From a virus, in IMG/VR virus record IMGVR_UViG_3300034284_002648, positions 16,258 to 80,257 of that record: a DNA stretch of 64,000 bases, one strand, 5' to 3'. Under the pieces are notes generated by a model that did no database searches, had not been told where the DNA came from, and worked only from the letters and a program-made list of their open reading frames with translations. A program made the position numbers and the translations under genes. Below are positions 40,966 to 49,470 of the stretch, one piece after another. Every line of letters begins with the position of its first letter. The first letter of the stretch is position 1.

Positions 40966-41855
40966 ACAATGATCTTAGATATGCCTGTGGATTTATCATT
41001 TGAGTAAATTTGATTCATAGATTTGTTTTCAATAGGAAATACATTTTTAAGTTTTTGATAGAGGTCGTGATCATCAAACTTATGGAAAAAATTGCAGCCA
41101 CTATCAAACTTAAATAGTTTATTATGATAAGAAACTGTTTCTATCTCATATCTCTTGTCTAAATTGTATTTTCCTATAATTCTTTTTCTTAGACTTAAAG
41201 CATAATAATATTCTAGATCAGATACAAAAACCGTGTTCATTTGCAACAAACAGTCAATTGTATTAATAATAGACATTCTAATATTATCATCGATAGTATC
41301 GTTAATGGATAGTATAATTTTAGATGATGACGGATCTATGTTCAATTGTCTATTAATATCCTCAATATATGAGAGTGTTTGATTTGTATCTTCGGATTCT
41401 ATACCTAATAATAAAATAATATTATTTTGATGTTTGCTAGATTCATAAAAAACAGATATTAAATCCTTCAAGATACCTATGTCTTGTTTAAAATTTAAAA
41501 TACATCCATACTTATAAAATTTATTAAATGCATTACTAATTTTTAAAGAGTCATTATTTGGCTTAAGATACATATTAAGTTTTATGCACTCTATGCCGTT
41601 GTTGTCTAATATATCTTTATGAAAATCATTTGATACACAAACATGTGACACTAATTTGTATGATATTGGAAAATATAAATTTGTAACGCATGGAATATTA
41701 GGTATTAAAATATTTTGTTTATATTCTCTAGCTACAAAAATCTTGTTATAGTATGAAAATTGTAGAACGGTTTGTTGCGAAGGTTTTGCTTCTTCAACCA
41801 ACTTGTCTGAAAAATAAGAAAACTTATCTCTAATGAGTAACAGATTGCTATTCAT
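40962..41855 (-). CDS. Degenerate GT-B-like protein
   Basis: KYGCILNF...LISVFYE...IILLL...MSIINTIDCLL...YYALSLRKRII parallels the GT4 C-terminal domain. Confidence 0.45.
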   Translation of the reverse strand: MNSNLLLIRDKFSYFSDKLVEEAKPSQQTVLQFSYYNKIFVAREYKQNILIPNIPCVTNLYFPISYKLVSHVCVSNDFHKDILDNNGIECIKLNMYLKPNNDSLKISNAFNKFYKYGCILNFKQDIGILKDLISVFYESSKHQNNIILLLGIESEDTNQTLSYIEDINRQLNIDPSSSKIILSINDTIDDNIRMSIINTIDCLLQMNTVFVSDLEYYYALSLRKRIIGKYNLDKRYEIETVSYHNKLFKFDSGCNFFHKFDDHDLYQKLKNVFPIENKSMNQIYSNDKSTGISKIIV

Positions 41856-43540
41856 GCGTGTGATTCTTTTATATGTGCGTATTCTATGAAATCTTCATTA
41901 ATCTTATTGTTATTTTTTATAAAGCTTACAATAGTATTATTATTACGAATAATTGTATTAAAATATTCAATTGCATCTTTCCATGAGTATGGAACAACTT
42001 TCTGATTATCGTTTTGATAACCCTGCGTCAGCTTTTGTAGTATATTTAATATAAAGTATGAGTCTATCGTATGGGTGCCATTTAAATAATTTGTACAGAT
42101 ATGTTGTAGCTTGGCTAGGTCAGGATCTTTTGAGCTATTGATAAGTTCTAGAGATAGAGGAGAATGTATTTTCCAGTCCTTTATTTGTTCATATTTATTG
42201 ATAGGATCTTGTTGTTTTTGTTCAAAAAGCTTAGTGAGTCTATTTTCCCATTTCAATATAATATTTTCCCAATTAAAATGTTTAATACATAATTCTCTGG
42301 TTTTTATTCTCTGTTGGAACTTCATCGGGTTGGGTATGTGGATATAGTCATAAAGTATATTAACTAAACTGTCATTATCTGGATAAGCTCTATATGCTTC
42401 TGTTTCCAGCTCTTTAAACATTGTTGCAATATTAACCGGATATGCATTGAGCTTGGATACTATATCCTCCATAGCACTATATGGAATCGTTACTATCGGA
42501 ACACCACAAGCAGCAGCTTCAACTTGAGGCATACCAAATCCTTCACATATAGAATATTGGATATAAAGATCGAAAGCGTTGTATATACCAACTAACTGCT
42601 CCTGTGTTACTCCAGCAGTAACAGAAGGAAAAGTAGCATGATTATTACAATATATGCAATTTCTTGTTGAGCCGCTATAGACATCAGCAAAAACCTTATT
42701 GCAATTTTTGCACGTATATGTCAATAGTACCTTATTTAATAATCTATTCTCTTTCAATAAAGACGGTATATTCCAGCCCAAATAGTCTGGATAACCAGTA
42801 TGTAAATACAAGAATACCTTGTTTGCAAAAGGAGACTGTTCTTTTTCAAGTCTATCAACCAGTAATCTAAACGATTTAATTAATTCTGGTATTAATTTTC
42901 TTTTTTGATTTCTCATTACAGAGCCAAGAACAATACTGTCTGTAGGTATTGATAGTGATGCCTTGGAGGCATTAGTGTCGAGCATTGTATATTTTTGAGT
43001 ATCTATACCCGGAGAAGCTGTATCTACATAGTTGATTGTATTATTTGTTTGTTGTAACAAAATATCTCTAGCCCAATCAGAGTATGTAAAAATAGAATCA
43101 GCACCAGAATAAGTATCAAGCCACATCTCTTGTTGAGGATATGAATCCACAGTTGGCATAAGCATCCAATGATAACATTTCCTCATAGGAGAGAATGCTT
43201 GATAGGAATTCATCCAATAATCTCTGATATCAATAACTACATCTGGCTGAAAATCTAAAAGAGTTTTTTCAAATCTCCATCTACCAAATGCATTTTCTGC
43301 ATTAGCAGAGTATTCTTGAAATCTACTATCGTTGCTTTTAACAGCATTAGCATAGTATCTCCAGGATATGTCTTTATCTCTAGGATCATTGACAAAACCA
43401 TAGCAAGCCAATTCTGCCACATGAAATAGTGGATTTGAATGTAGTCTACTTAATAGTTCTTTTCCGTATACAGAATATCCGGTACTTAAAAAACTAGCTT
43501 CATTACATAACAAAATTTTCAGCCGCTGTTTTGTATTCAT
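41852..43540 (-). CDS. GT4-family (GT-B) glycosyltransferase with a Zn-knuckle insertion
   Basis: STGYSVYG; GSVMRNQKRK; YNAFDLYIQYSICEGFGMPQVEAAACGVPIV (intact EX7E); CKNC...CIYC insertion. Confidence 0.9.
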   Translation of the reverse strand: MNTKQRLKILLCNEASFLSTGYSVYGKELLSRLHSNPLFHVAELACYGFVNDPRDKDISWRYYANAVKSNDSRFQEYSANAENAFGRWRFEKTLLDFQPDVVIDIRDYWMNSYQAFSPMRKCYHWMLMPTVDSYPQQEMWLDTYSGADSIFTYSDWARDILLQQTNNTINYVDTASPGIDTQKYTMLDTNASKASLSIPTDSIVLGSVMRNQKRKLIPELIKSFRLLVDRLEKEQSPFANKVFLYLHTGYPDYLGWNIPSLLKENRLLNKVLLTYTCKNCNKVFADVYSGSTRNCIYCNNHATFPSVTAGVTQEQLVGIYNAFDLYIQYSICEGFGMPQVEAAACGVPIVTIPYSAMEDIVSKLNAYPVNIATMFKELETEAYRAYPDNDSLVNILYDYIHIPNPMKFQQRIKTRELCIKHFNWENIILKWENRLTKLFEQKQQDPINKYEQIKDWKIHSPLSLELINSSKDPDLAKLQHICTNYLNGTHTIDSYFILNILQKLTQGYQNDNQKVVPYSWKDAIEYFNTIIRNNNTIVSFIKNNNKINEDFIEYAHIKESHA

Positions 43541-43559
43541 TATTTGTTGATATATATAT

Positions 43560-43594
43560 GAAAAAGGGCTATGTTATTAGCATAGCCCTCTTTC
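43560..43594 (-). terminator. Rho-independent terminator downstream of ssb
   Basis: - strand AGGGCTATG-CTAATAA-CATAGCCCT-TTTTC: a 9-bp perfect stem followed by a U-tract. Confidence 0.8.
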
Positions 43595-43615
43595 AAACAC
43601 ACTATTCCTAGTTTA

Positions 43616-43990
43616 TTAGAAAGCTACCGATTCTTCTTCCTTTGACTCGCTCTTCTTTGAAGACAGCTTAGTAATCTTAGAGAAATTATTTACGCGAATC
43701 TTTAGAGATGAATGCTTAACACCATCCTTTTCCCAAGAATCATTTCTAATAGAACCTTCTACTAGAACTAGATCGCCCTTCTTAAAGGACTTGCCGATAA
43801 TCTCCGCTCCAGTATCCCATGCTTCGCAAGGAATAAAAGACGTAATCTTATCCTTTGATCCATTTGCCTTGGTATATTCTCTAGAAGTCGCAACAGTAAA
43901 GTTAACAACTGAAGTTTCCTTACCATTACTGCTGATCGACCTTAGTTCCGGATCTCTTGCTAAATTTCCACGAATAATAACAATATTCAT
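43616..43990 (-). CDS. ssb: Single-stranded DNA-binding protein
   Basis: MNIVIIRGNLARDPELR...NFTVAT...CEAW...KKGDLVLVEGSIR..SWEKDG; acidic tail EEESVAF; AAGGAG RBS. Confidence 0.95.
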   Translation of the reverse strand: MNIVIIRGNLARDPELRSISSNGKETSVVNFTVATSREYTKANGSKDKITSFIPCEAWDTGAEIIGKSFKKGDLVLVEGSIRNDSWEKDGVKHSSLKIRVNNFSKITKLSSKKSESKEEESVAF

Positions 43991-44036
43991 CGTTTTGAAC
44001 TCCTTGTTTAAAAACCAAATGTCCCAACACTACAGT

Positions 44037-44064
44037 ATTATACAAATGGCTGACACCGAGTCAA
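44037..44064 (-). promoter_or_regulatory. Sigma70-like promoter for ssb (TTGACT-N16-TATAAT)
   Basis: -35 at 44064-44059 and -10 at 44042-44037, ~47 nt upstream of the ssb ATG. Confidence 0.7.
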
Positions 44065-45677
44065 GCCATAGGTACATAACATTTTTCTACGATCAAGTCG
44101 CTTTTCTTGAAGGACTTGGCTCCTTTAAAAATCAGAATGTTTCCATCAAATAGCTGATTTCTGTATAACGATAGCTGTTCTGTAAAAAATATAACAGAGT
44201 CTATATAGCCGGTGCTATCGGTTATACTAACAAATGCCATTTCATTACCCTTATTTTTCCCATTCTTAATCTTAATCACATTAACATTATCAATTTCACC
44301 AGCGACAATAATATTTTTTCTGTCGGAATCTTTGAACTCTTTACATGTTGTATTAGTCATACTTATATCGTATGAATCTACTTTTGAATAGGTTAGATTT
44401 ATTCCGAGCAGGTTGCTTTCATTATCACAGACCCACTCTATTTTGTCATCCAAAGAAAATGGAGGCTTGATAAGAGAAGAAATTAAACCTTGTAATATAT
44501 TTTTACGATTTTGAGTTAGTTTTGGTTTCTTGACCAAAATATTCATTAGCTGTAAAGTATTGAACTGAGAGACATCAATTGATCTTAAATATTCTATCTC
44601 TTTGCTTGTTAGCTCACTCATAATCTCGTATTCAAAAAGCATAGAGGTTCTAGTTTTAGTAATATAACTGAATGCCCCACTACATATCAAAGCTTTTGCA
44701 GCGGTAGAATTGATATTTACTAATAGATTAAGCAGTATTTCTGACCATGTAAGATGCTGTATGTCTAAATTTTTAGATAGATCCACAATCTTTTTATAAA
44801 CCGAGTCGCCCACACCCTTTATGTCTGTAAGACCAAAGTGTATTTTGTTGTTATGGATTACAAAAAATTGATTCAACAATCTATAATCTGGTACACAGAT
44901 TTCTATATCCATATCTGTGGCATTTTTCACCAACTCTTTGATTTCTTGCTGGGGGTCTATTTTATCTTTTGCATATTTGAGATACGAAGCAAAGAAAATC
45001 TTAGGGAAGTGTGCTTTACTATATGCTGATAAATATGCGTTAATAGCATAGCTTACGGCGTGAGATTTATTAAATGAGTATCGTTGAGATTTTTCAATCC
45101 AACTAAAAATTTGTTCAGCTTCATTTTCTGATGCTAAATTAGTTTTTTTGCACCCCTCTATAAATATCTTCTTAAGTTTTGCCATCTCTTCTGGTTTTTT
45201 CTTACCAATAGCTTTTCTTAACTGATCAGCTTCTTGAAGATCAAAACCAGCAATTTTCTGAGCTATTTCCATAGCCTGTTCTTGATATACCATCTCTCCG
45301 AAGGTGGTCTTAAGAATTGGCTCTAGGGCTGGATTAAAATAGTCTATAGATTCTTGGCCATTCTTTTTATCTATAAAGTGATTACTAACAGTTTTACCAT
45401 CTCTAATAGCTTCCAAACATCCCGGTCTCATAATACTAATAAGAGCAGAAAGTTCTTCTATATTTGAGGGTTTGAGTTTTCTGGCCATGCTTTGCCCTAG
45501 GCGTGATTCTAGCTGAAAACATCCTTTGGTATTGCCAGAAGACAACATTTCCCAAGTTCTACTGCATTCAAAATTTATGGCATCCATATTAATTGAAAAA
45601 TCAATTTTTGGCATACCATCAGTGGATTTGTCGATAATAGGGAATCGACAACCACAATCAAATGTATAATATTCCAT
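44061..45677 (-). CDS. dnaE: DNA polymerase III alpha, C-terminal half (fingers, HhH, OB)
   Basis: GCFQLES, MRPGCL, GEMVYQEQAM, ADQLRKAIGKKK, YSFNKSHAVSYA, GLTDIKGVG, MAFVSITDSTG. Confidence 0.93.
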   Translation of the reverse strand: MEYYTFDCGCRFPIIDKSTDGMPKIDFSINMDAINFECSRTWEMLSSGNTKGCFQLESRLGQSMARKLKPSNIEELSALISIMRPGCLEAIRDGKTVSNHFIDKKNGQESIDYFNPALEPILKTTFGEMVYQEQAMEIAQKIAGFDLQEADQLRKAIGKKKPEEMAKLKKIFIEGCKKTNLASENEAEQIFSWIEKSQRYSFNKSHAVSYAINAYLSAYSKAHFPKIFFASYLKYAKDKIDPQQEIKELVKNATDMDIEICVPDYRLLNQFFVIHNNKIHFGLTDIKGVGDSVYKKIVDLSKNLDIQHLTWSEILLNLLVNINSTAAKALICSGAFSYITKTRTSMLFEYEIMSELTSKEIEYLRSIDVSQFNTLQLMNILVKKPKLTQNRKNILQGLISSLIKPPFSLDDKIEWVCDNESNLLGINLTYSKVDSYDISMTNTTCKEFKDSDRKNIIVAGEIDNVNVIKIKNGKNKGNEMAFVSITDSTGYIDSVIFFTEQLSLYRNQLFDGNILIFKGAKSFKKSDLIVEKCYVPMA

Positions 45678-45680
45678 ACT

Positions 45681-46382
45681 TTATATGTTTGCTATATTAA
45701 AAGAATTCCTAAATTTTACTTTGGATGCTAATTTCCTATGCAGTTTCAAAAATCGAATTAGAATTTCAGCAGTGTCTTTTACATCTTTCAAAGCATCATG
45801 AGCACCCTCTTTACTAATACCAAGATAATCTCTTACATCATCTAGAGTATAGCTTTTAAGTTCTTTAGATCCTTCAAACCAATAAAATATAAGATTCATG
45901 ATATCTATAACATCTCTTGGATAAAAAAGAGAAGAATTCCCTTCTTTATTCAAGTTTTTATATTTAGTGCTTAGATTTTGAACAATCTTTAAGTCAAACC
46001 TATTGATATTGTAGCCCGCTGCTATCGGTGCAGTAAAGCAGGATTTTCTTTCTGAACGAATATGATACATCTCTAAATAAGATGTAAACATCTTCCATCC
46101 CGCCTCCTGTTTTGGAAAAGATTTCCAAGAATTAAGAATATCATCTTTGGATGATCCTCTAACCTTAGCATGAAAATCTAAAACATCAGAATCCTCATAC
46201 GCATAGCTACTATTTTTTTCCAGAGCATCTGGTCTTAGATTGATATTAAATTCGGAATCTGGTATGATTTCTAATTTAAATGGATCTACGATAATAGCAG
46301 CTATTTGTACAGGACTACAAACATTCGGATCCTTGCCATCTGTCTCAAGGTCGAAGACACAAATTTTTTGATTATTAGCCAT
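45681..46382 (-). CDS. dnaQ: DEDDh 3'-5' exonuclease (DnaQ/epsilon-like)
   Basis: ExoI FDLETDG, ExoII GYNINRFD, ExoIII HDALKD. Confidence 0.85.
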   Translation of the reverse strand: MANNQKICVFDLETDGKDPNVCSPVQIAAIIVDPFKLEIIPDSEFNINLRPDALEKNSSYAYEDSDVLDFHAKVRGSSKDDILNSWKSFPKQEAGWKMFTSYLEMYHIRSERKSCFTAPIAAGYNINRFDLKIVQNLSTKYKNLNKEGNSSLFYPRDVIDIMNLIFYWFEGSKELKSYTLDDVRDYLGISKEGAHDALKDVKDTAEILIRFLKLHRKLASKVKFRNSFNIANI

Positions 46383-46560
46383 TAATTACCACTGCTGTTC
46401 CTGGTGCGAAAAAAGTCTTATTGCCTGTGTTAGCCGTATCCTCTGCATTATAAGATTTGCAGCAACTAACCTTAATTAACTCTATCTTTCTGTATGTGGT
46501 GTCTGATCCTGGTACTTTAAACTCTTGACCAACACCTAGTTCAGAAAATAGTTTGTTCAT
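46375..46560 (-). CDS. Small hypothetical protein (61 aa) between the dnaE halves
   Basis: Strong GGAGGT RBS before ATG46560 (MNKLFSELGVGQEF...KVSCCKSYNAED...); overlaps both neighbouring genes. Confidence 0.65.
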   Translation of the reverse strand: MNKLFSELGVGQEFKVPGSDTTYRKIELIKVSCCKSYNAEDTANTGNKTFFAPGTAVVING

Positions 46561-48430
46561 AACTACCTCCATTTTTCAATAGTGTGCTTACTGTCATTAC
46601 TTTATCTAACATTGCTACGCCCAAAATATCGAATTTGATTATACCCAATGTTTCCAAATCTTGCATTTCCATGCCAGCTATTTGTTGTTTATTTTTAGTA
46701 TCATAGACCATAGGACAAATACTCCCTAGTCTTTGATCCGATATAACAATACCAGCAGCATGTTTGGACTGATTCACTTTTGTCCCTTCTAGCCTAATGG
46801 CTTGTTCAAACCTTTTTGCTAGAGGGCCAGACAGAGAGCCATCCTCATTAATATAACACCAATTCTTCAGTTTGTCAACATTATTTTCTAAGGCCCACTG
46901 GATTATCGACGCTTCTCCGTATTCCTCTTTCATTTCTTGAAGTTCGTCAGCTATTTTGGCTTCGTCTGGTATATTTTTTGTAATTGAATTCATTTCGTCA
47001 AAACTTATATCGCCATACACTCGGAGAACATCTTTTAGAGCACCCCTACCCTTAAGAGTATTGAAAGTGATCATTTGCGAAACATTTTCAACACCATATC
47101 TATTCTTAATGTAGTTGATAACATCCTCTCTCTTATTAATAGGGACGTCAACATCAATATCTGGCATCGAAATTCTATCTTTAGTATTTCTACCAGCATT
47201 ATAAAATCTTTCAAAGATCAGATTATATTTTAATGGATCAATACTGGTTATACCTATGAGATATGAAACCAGACATCCTGCTGCCGAACCACGACCGGGA
47301 CCGGGTAACCACCCCTTATTCCTCACAAAATTCACTATATCGGACACTATTAAAAAGTAGCTAGACAGACCAGCACCCTGTAAAACAGAGAGTTCGTATT
47401 TGATTCTATCTGTGTATTCGCCTTGCTTATCCTTATCTATAACATTGGCGATTTTATCCCTCCAGCCGTTTCTACATAGTTGTCTAAGAAATTCATCTGG
47501 ATCATTACCTTCGCATTCAAATGGAGGCAACATTGGTCTATGAGATATATCATAATCTTCACACATACTATCTACTAGATTAGTATTCTCTATCTCTTCT
47601 GAGGTATGAATAGACGACATTTCTTCTGGAGACAATATATAATAATTATCTGAAATGAAAAATGTAGACATTGGAACAGATTCATGGTTGACTATTTTCC
47701 TGTTAATGTCTGTAAATGTTGTCTTTAGATTATTGCATAATAATATTCGTTGATCTATAGCGTCATCTTTTTCAGAGTAATGTGCGTCTGGTGTGCATAT
47801 CACTTTAGTATTAGTTTTTTTACCCAGTTCCCTAATACAATCGGTTAATGTTTTCTGGACCGGGTTATGTATTTGATCCATTAATTGGGCCTCAAGAAAA
47901 AAATTATCTTTTCCAAAAGCATTCTTCAGAACAGAGATTTTTTGTTCTGCGATAGAATACCAGCCTGGATCAATTTTATCGTTTTCTAAAATATGGTTGG
48001 CTATATATGACCCTAAGTGTCCACAGAATCCTACAAGATTACCGTCCAAGAACTCTGATAGTGTTTCTATACTAAGTCTTGGTTTTCGATAAAAATAATC
48101 TTCTCTATTTGATTCCGAAATAATTTTAATAAGTTGTTGCCAACCCTTTAAATTTTTTGCCAGAACCAAAAAATGGTGTGTAGAAGATTCTTTGTCTTTA
48201 ACAGATGGGTGACTATCTGATATATAGAGTTCGCACCCCAAGATTGGTTTGATTCCAGATTTCTTGAGAGTATTATGAAACTGGACGGCACCAGCAATAT
48301 TGCCGTGATCAGTTAAGGCACAAGAGGATACTCCTATTTTTTTACATCTCTCAGCTATCTGATTTGGTTTACTTAGTCCATCCAATAGGCTGTAGTGCGA
48401 ATGTACATGTAATGGTATATAATTTTTCAT
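46541..48430 (-). CDS. dnaE: DNA polymerase III alpha, N-terminal half (PHP, palm, thumb)
   Basis: HVHSHYSLLDG, TDHGN, PDAHY, GPGRGSAAG, MPDIDVD, SKHAAGIVIS, KFDILG; all three catalytic Asp are present. Confidence 0.95.
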   Translation of the reverse strand: MKNYIPLHVHSHYSLLDGLSKPNQIAERCKKIGVSSCALTDHGNIAGAVQFHNTLKKSGIKPILGCELYISDSHPSVKDKESSTHHFLVLAKNLKGWQQLIKIISESNREDYFYRKPRLSIETLSEFLDGNLVGFCGHLGSYIANHILENDKIDPGWYSIAEQKISVLKNAFGKDNFFLEAQLMDQIHNPVQKTLTDCIRELGKKTNTKVICTPDAHYSEKDDAIDQRILLCNNLKTTFTDINRKIVNHESVPMSTFFISDNYYILSPEEMSSIHTSEEIENTNLVDSMCEDYDISHRPMLPPFECEGNDPDEFLRQLCRNGWRDKIANVIDKDKQGEYTDRIKYELSVLQGAGLSSYFLIVSDIVNFVRNKGWLPGPGRGSAAGCLVSYLIGITSIDPLKYNLIFERFYNAGRNTKDRISMPDIDVDVPINKREDVINYIKNRYGVENVSQMITFNTLKGRGALKDVLRVYGDISFDEMNSITKNIPDEAKIADELQEMKEEYGEASIIQWALENNVDKLKNWCYINEDGSLSGPLAKRFEQAIRLEGTKVNQSKHAAGIVISDQRLGSICPMVYDTKNKQQIAGMEMQDLETLGIIKFDILGVAMLDKVMTVSTLLKNGGSYEQTIF

Positions 48431-49470
48431 TCAACGCTTCCTGGTGCTTTGTACTTACCAACAGCATATCCCGGAACGGTGTATTCGTCAACCACCGCAT
48501 CTATGCCCTTTAATTCGATGTCGTGCTTAACTTGTTCACACTTGGTCATAAAACTATCTTTTTGACAAGTTTGATTATCTCTGTATTCTATTACTGGTAG
48601 TATTTGAGAATTTTCGAAAGTAGTTTTACCATAGTGACATAATTTACTACACATCCAGCTTTTGTTTAATCTTGGTTTTCTTGTTTTCTTGATAATTTCA
48701 AATTTATCCCTAAGCATAGCTTCTGTTTTTGGTAAATCAGATTTATCAAAATAAACACTAAAAGCTCCACCGTCATTGATAAAAAATATTGTCACCATAA
48801 TATTATCTATATGAGGATATAGTTTTTGAACAGCATAGTGATAAATTCTAAGCTGTGGATCATCCTCAAGTTTTTCTTGTGTCTTTTCTTGACCGGTTGC
48901 CCAGTTCAATCTTCTGCCTGTTTTCCAGTCTACTATCTCAAAAGTATTTTTATCAATCTGAGTGATAAGATCTATTGTACCCTTTATGGCCAGATCGCCT
49001 TCTAAGATACCATCAGATGTATTATACTTATATTTAGCCCAAGGCTTGTCTATAACTATATCAAAATGTTGTTCGGGACAAACTATGTGTCTGTTTCTTG
49101 GATCAAACATACCATTATTATAAGAAATGGCTTTATTTACCCATAGTTTACAGTCTGAGAAATCTTTTTCTGTCCACTTGTGATGATTAAATTTACTGGT
49201 ATAGTAATCATATACATCTTTGGTAATCACATCAAGATTATACTGATTGATATCGACAGATCCTACAACATCGTCTTCAAATACACTGATCTTTTTTTGT
49301 TCATTATGTTTTATTAAAGCCAATATTTCGAGTACTTTATGTACTATGGTTCCTTTGTCGGCTTTTTGGTTACTAGGACCCCTATAGCCTAAAACATATT
49401 CAAAAAAGTATTGTTGTTCACACATTGAATGTGTGTTATAGGACGAACTCCTAAAGTATGTAATTATAAT
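48427..49470 (-). CDS. PD-(D/E)XK exonuclease, Cas4/AddB/RecB-like
   Basis: KGTIVHKVLE, KGTIDLI, IVDWKTG, QLRIYHYA, and Cys residues at both termini. The frame is open upstream of ATG49425 to ATT49470, which has an AAGGA RBS. Confidence 0.85.
   Translation of the reverse strand: MIITYFRSSSYNTHSMCEQQYFFEYVLGYRGPSNQKADKGTIVHKVLEILALIKHNEQKKISVFEDDVVGSVDINQYNLDVITKDVYDYYTSKFNHHKWTEKDFSDCKLWVNKAISYNNGMFDPRNRHIVCPEQHFDIVIDKPWAKYKYNTSDGILEGDLAIKGTIDLITQIDKNTFEIVDWKTGRRLNWATGQEKTQEKLEDDPQLRIYHYAVQKLYPHIDNIMVTIFFINDGGAFSVYFDKSDLPKTEAMLRDKFEIIKKTRKPRLNKSWMCSKLCHYGKTTFENSQILPVIEYRDNQTCQKDSFMTKCEQVKHDIELKGIDAVVDEYTVPGYAVGKYKAPGSVE

Noticed and set aside
46541-46565. Beta-clamp binding motif at the DnaE-N C-terminus (EQTIF)
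   Set aside because: The spacing does not fit QL[S/D]LF, and the tail is constrained by overlap with the next gene's RBS and start.
45600-46600. Split intein or self-splicing intron joining the dnaE halves
   Set aside because: No HINT motifs appear at either end, and the intervening DNA is fully occupied by two ordinary overlapping ORFs with no room for a ribozyme core.
48427-49470. cas4 of a CRISPR-Cas system
   Set aside because: There are no other cas genes or arrays, and solo Cas4/AddB-like nucleases are common in phage replication modules.
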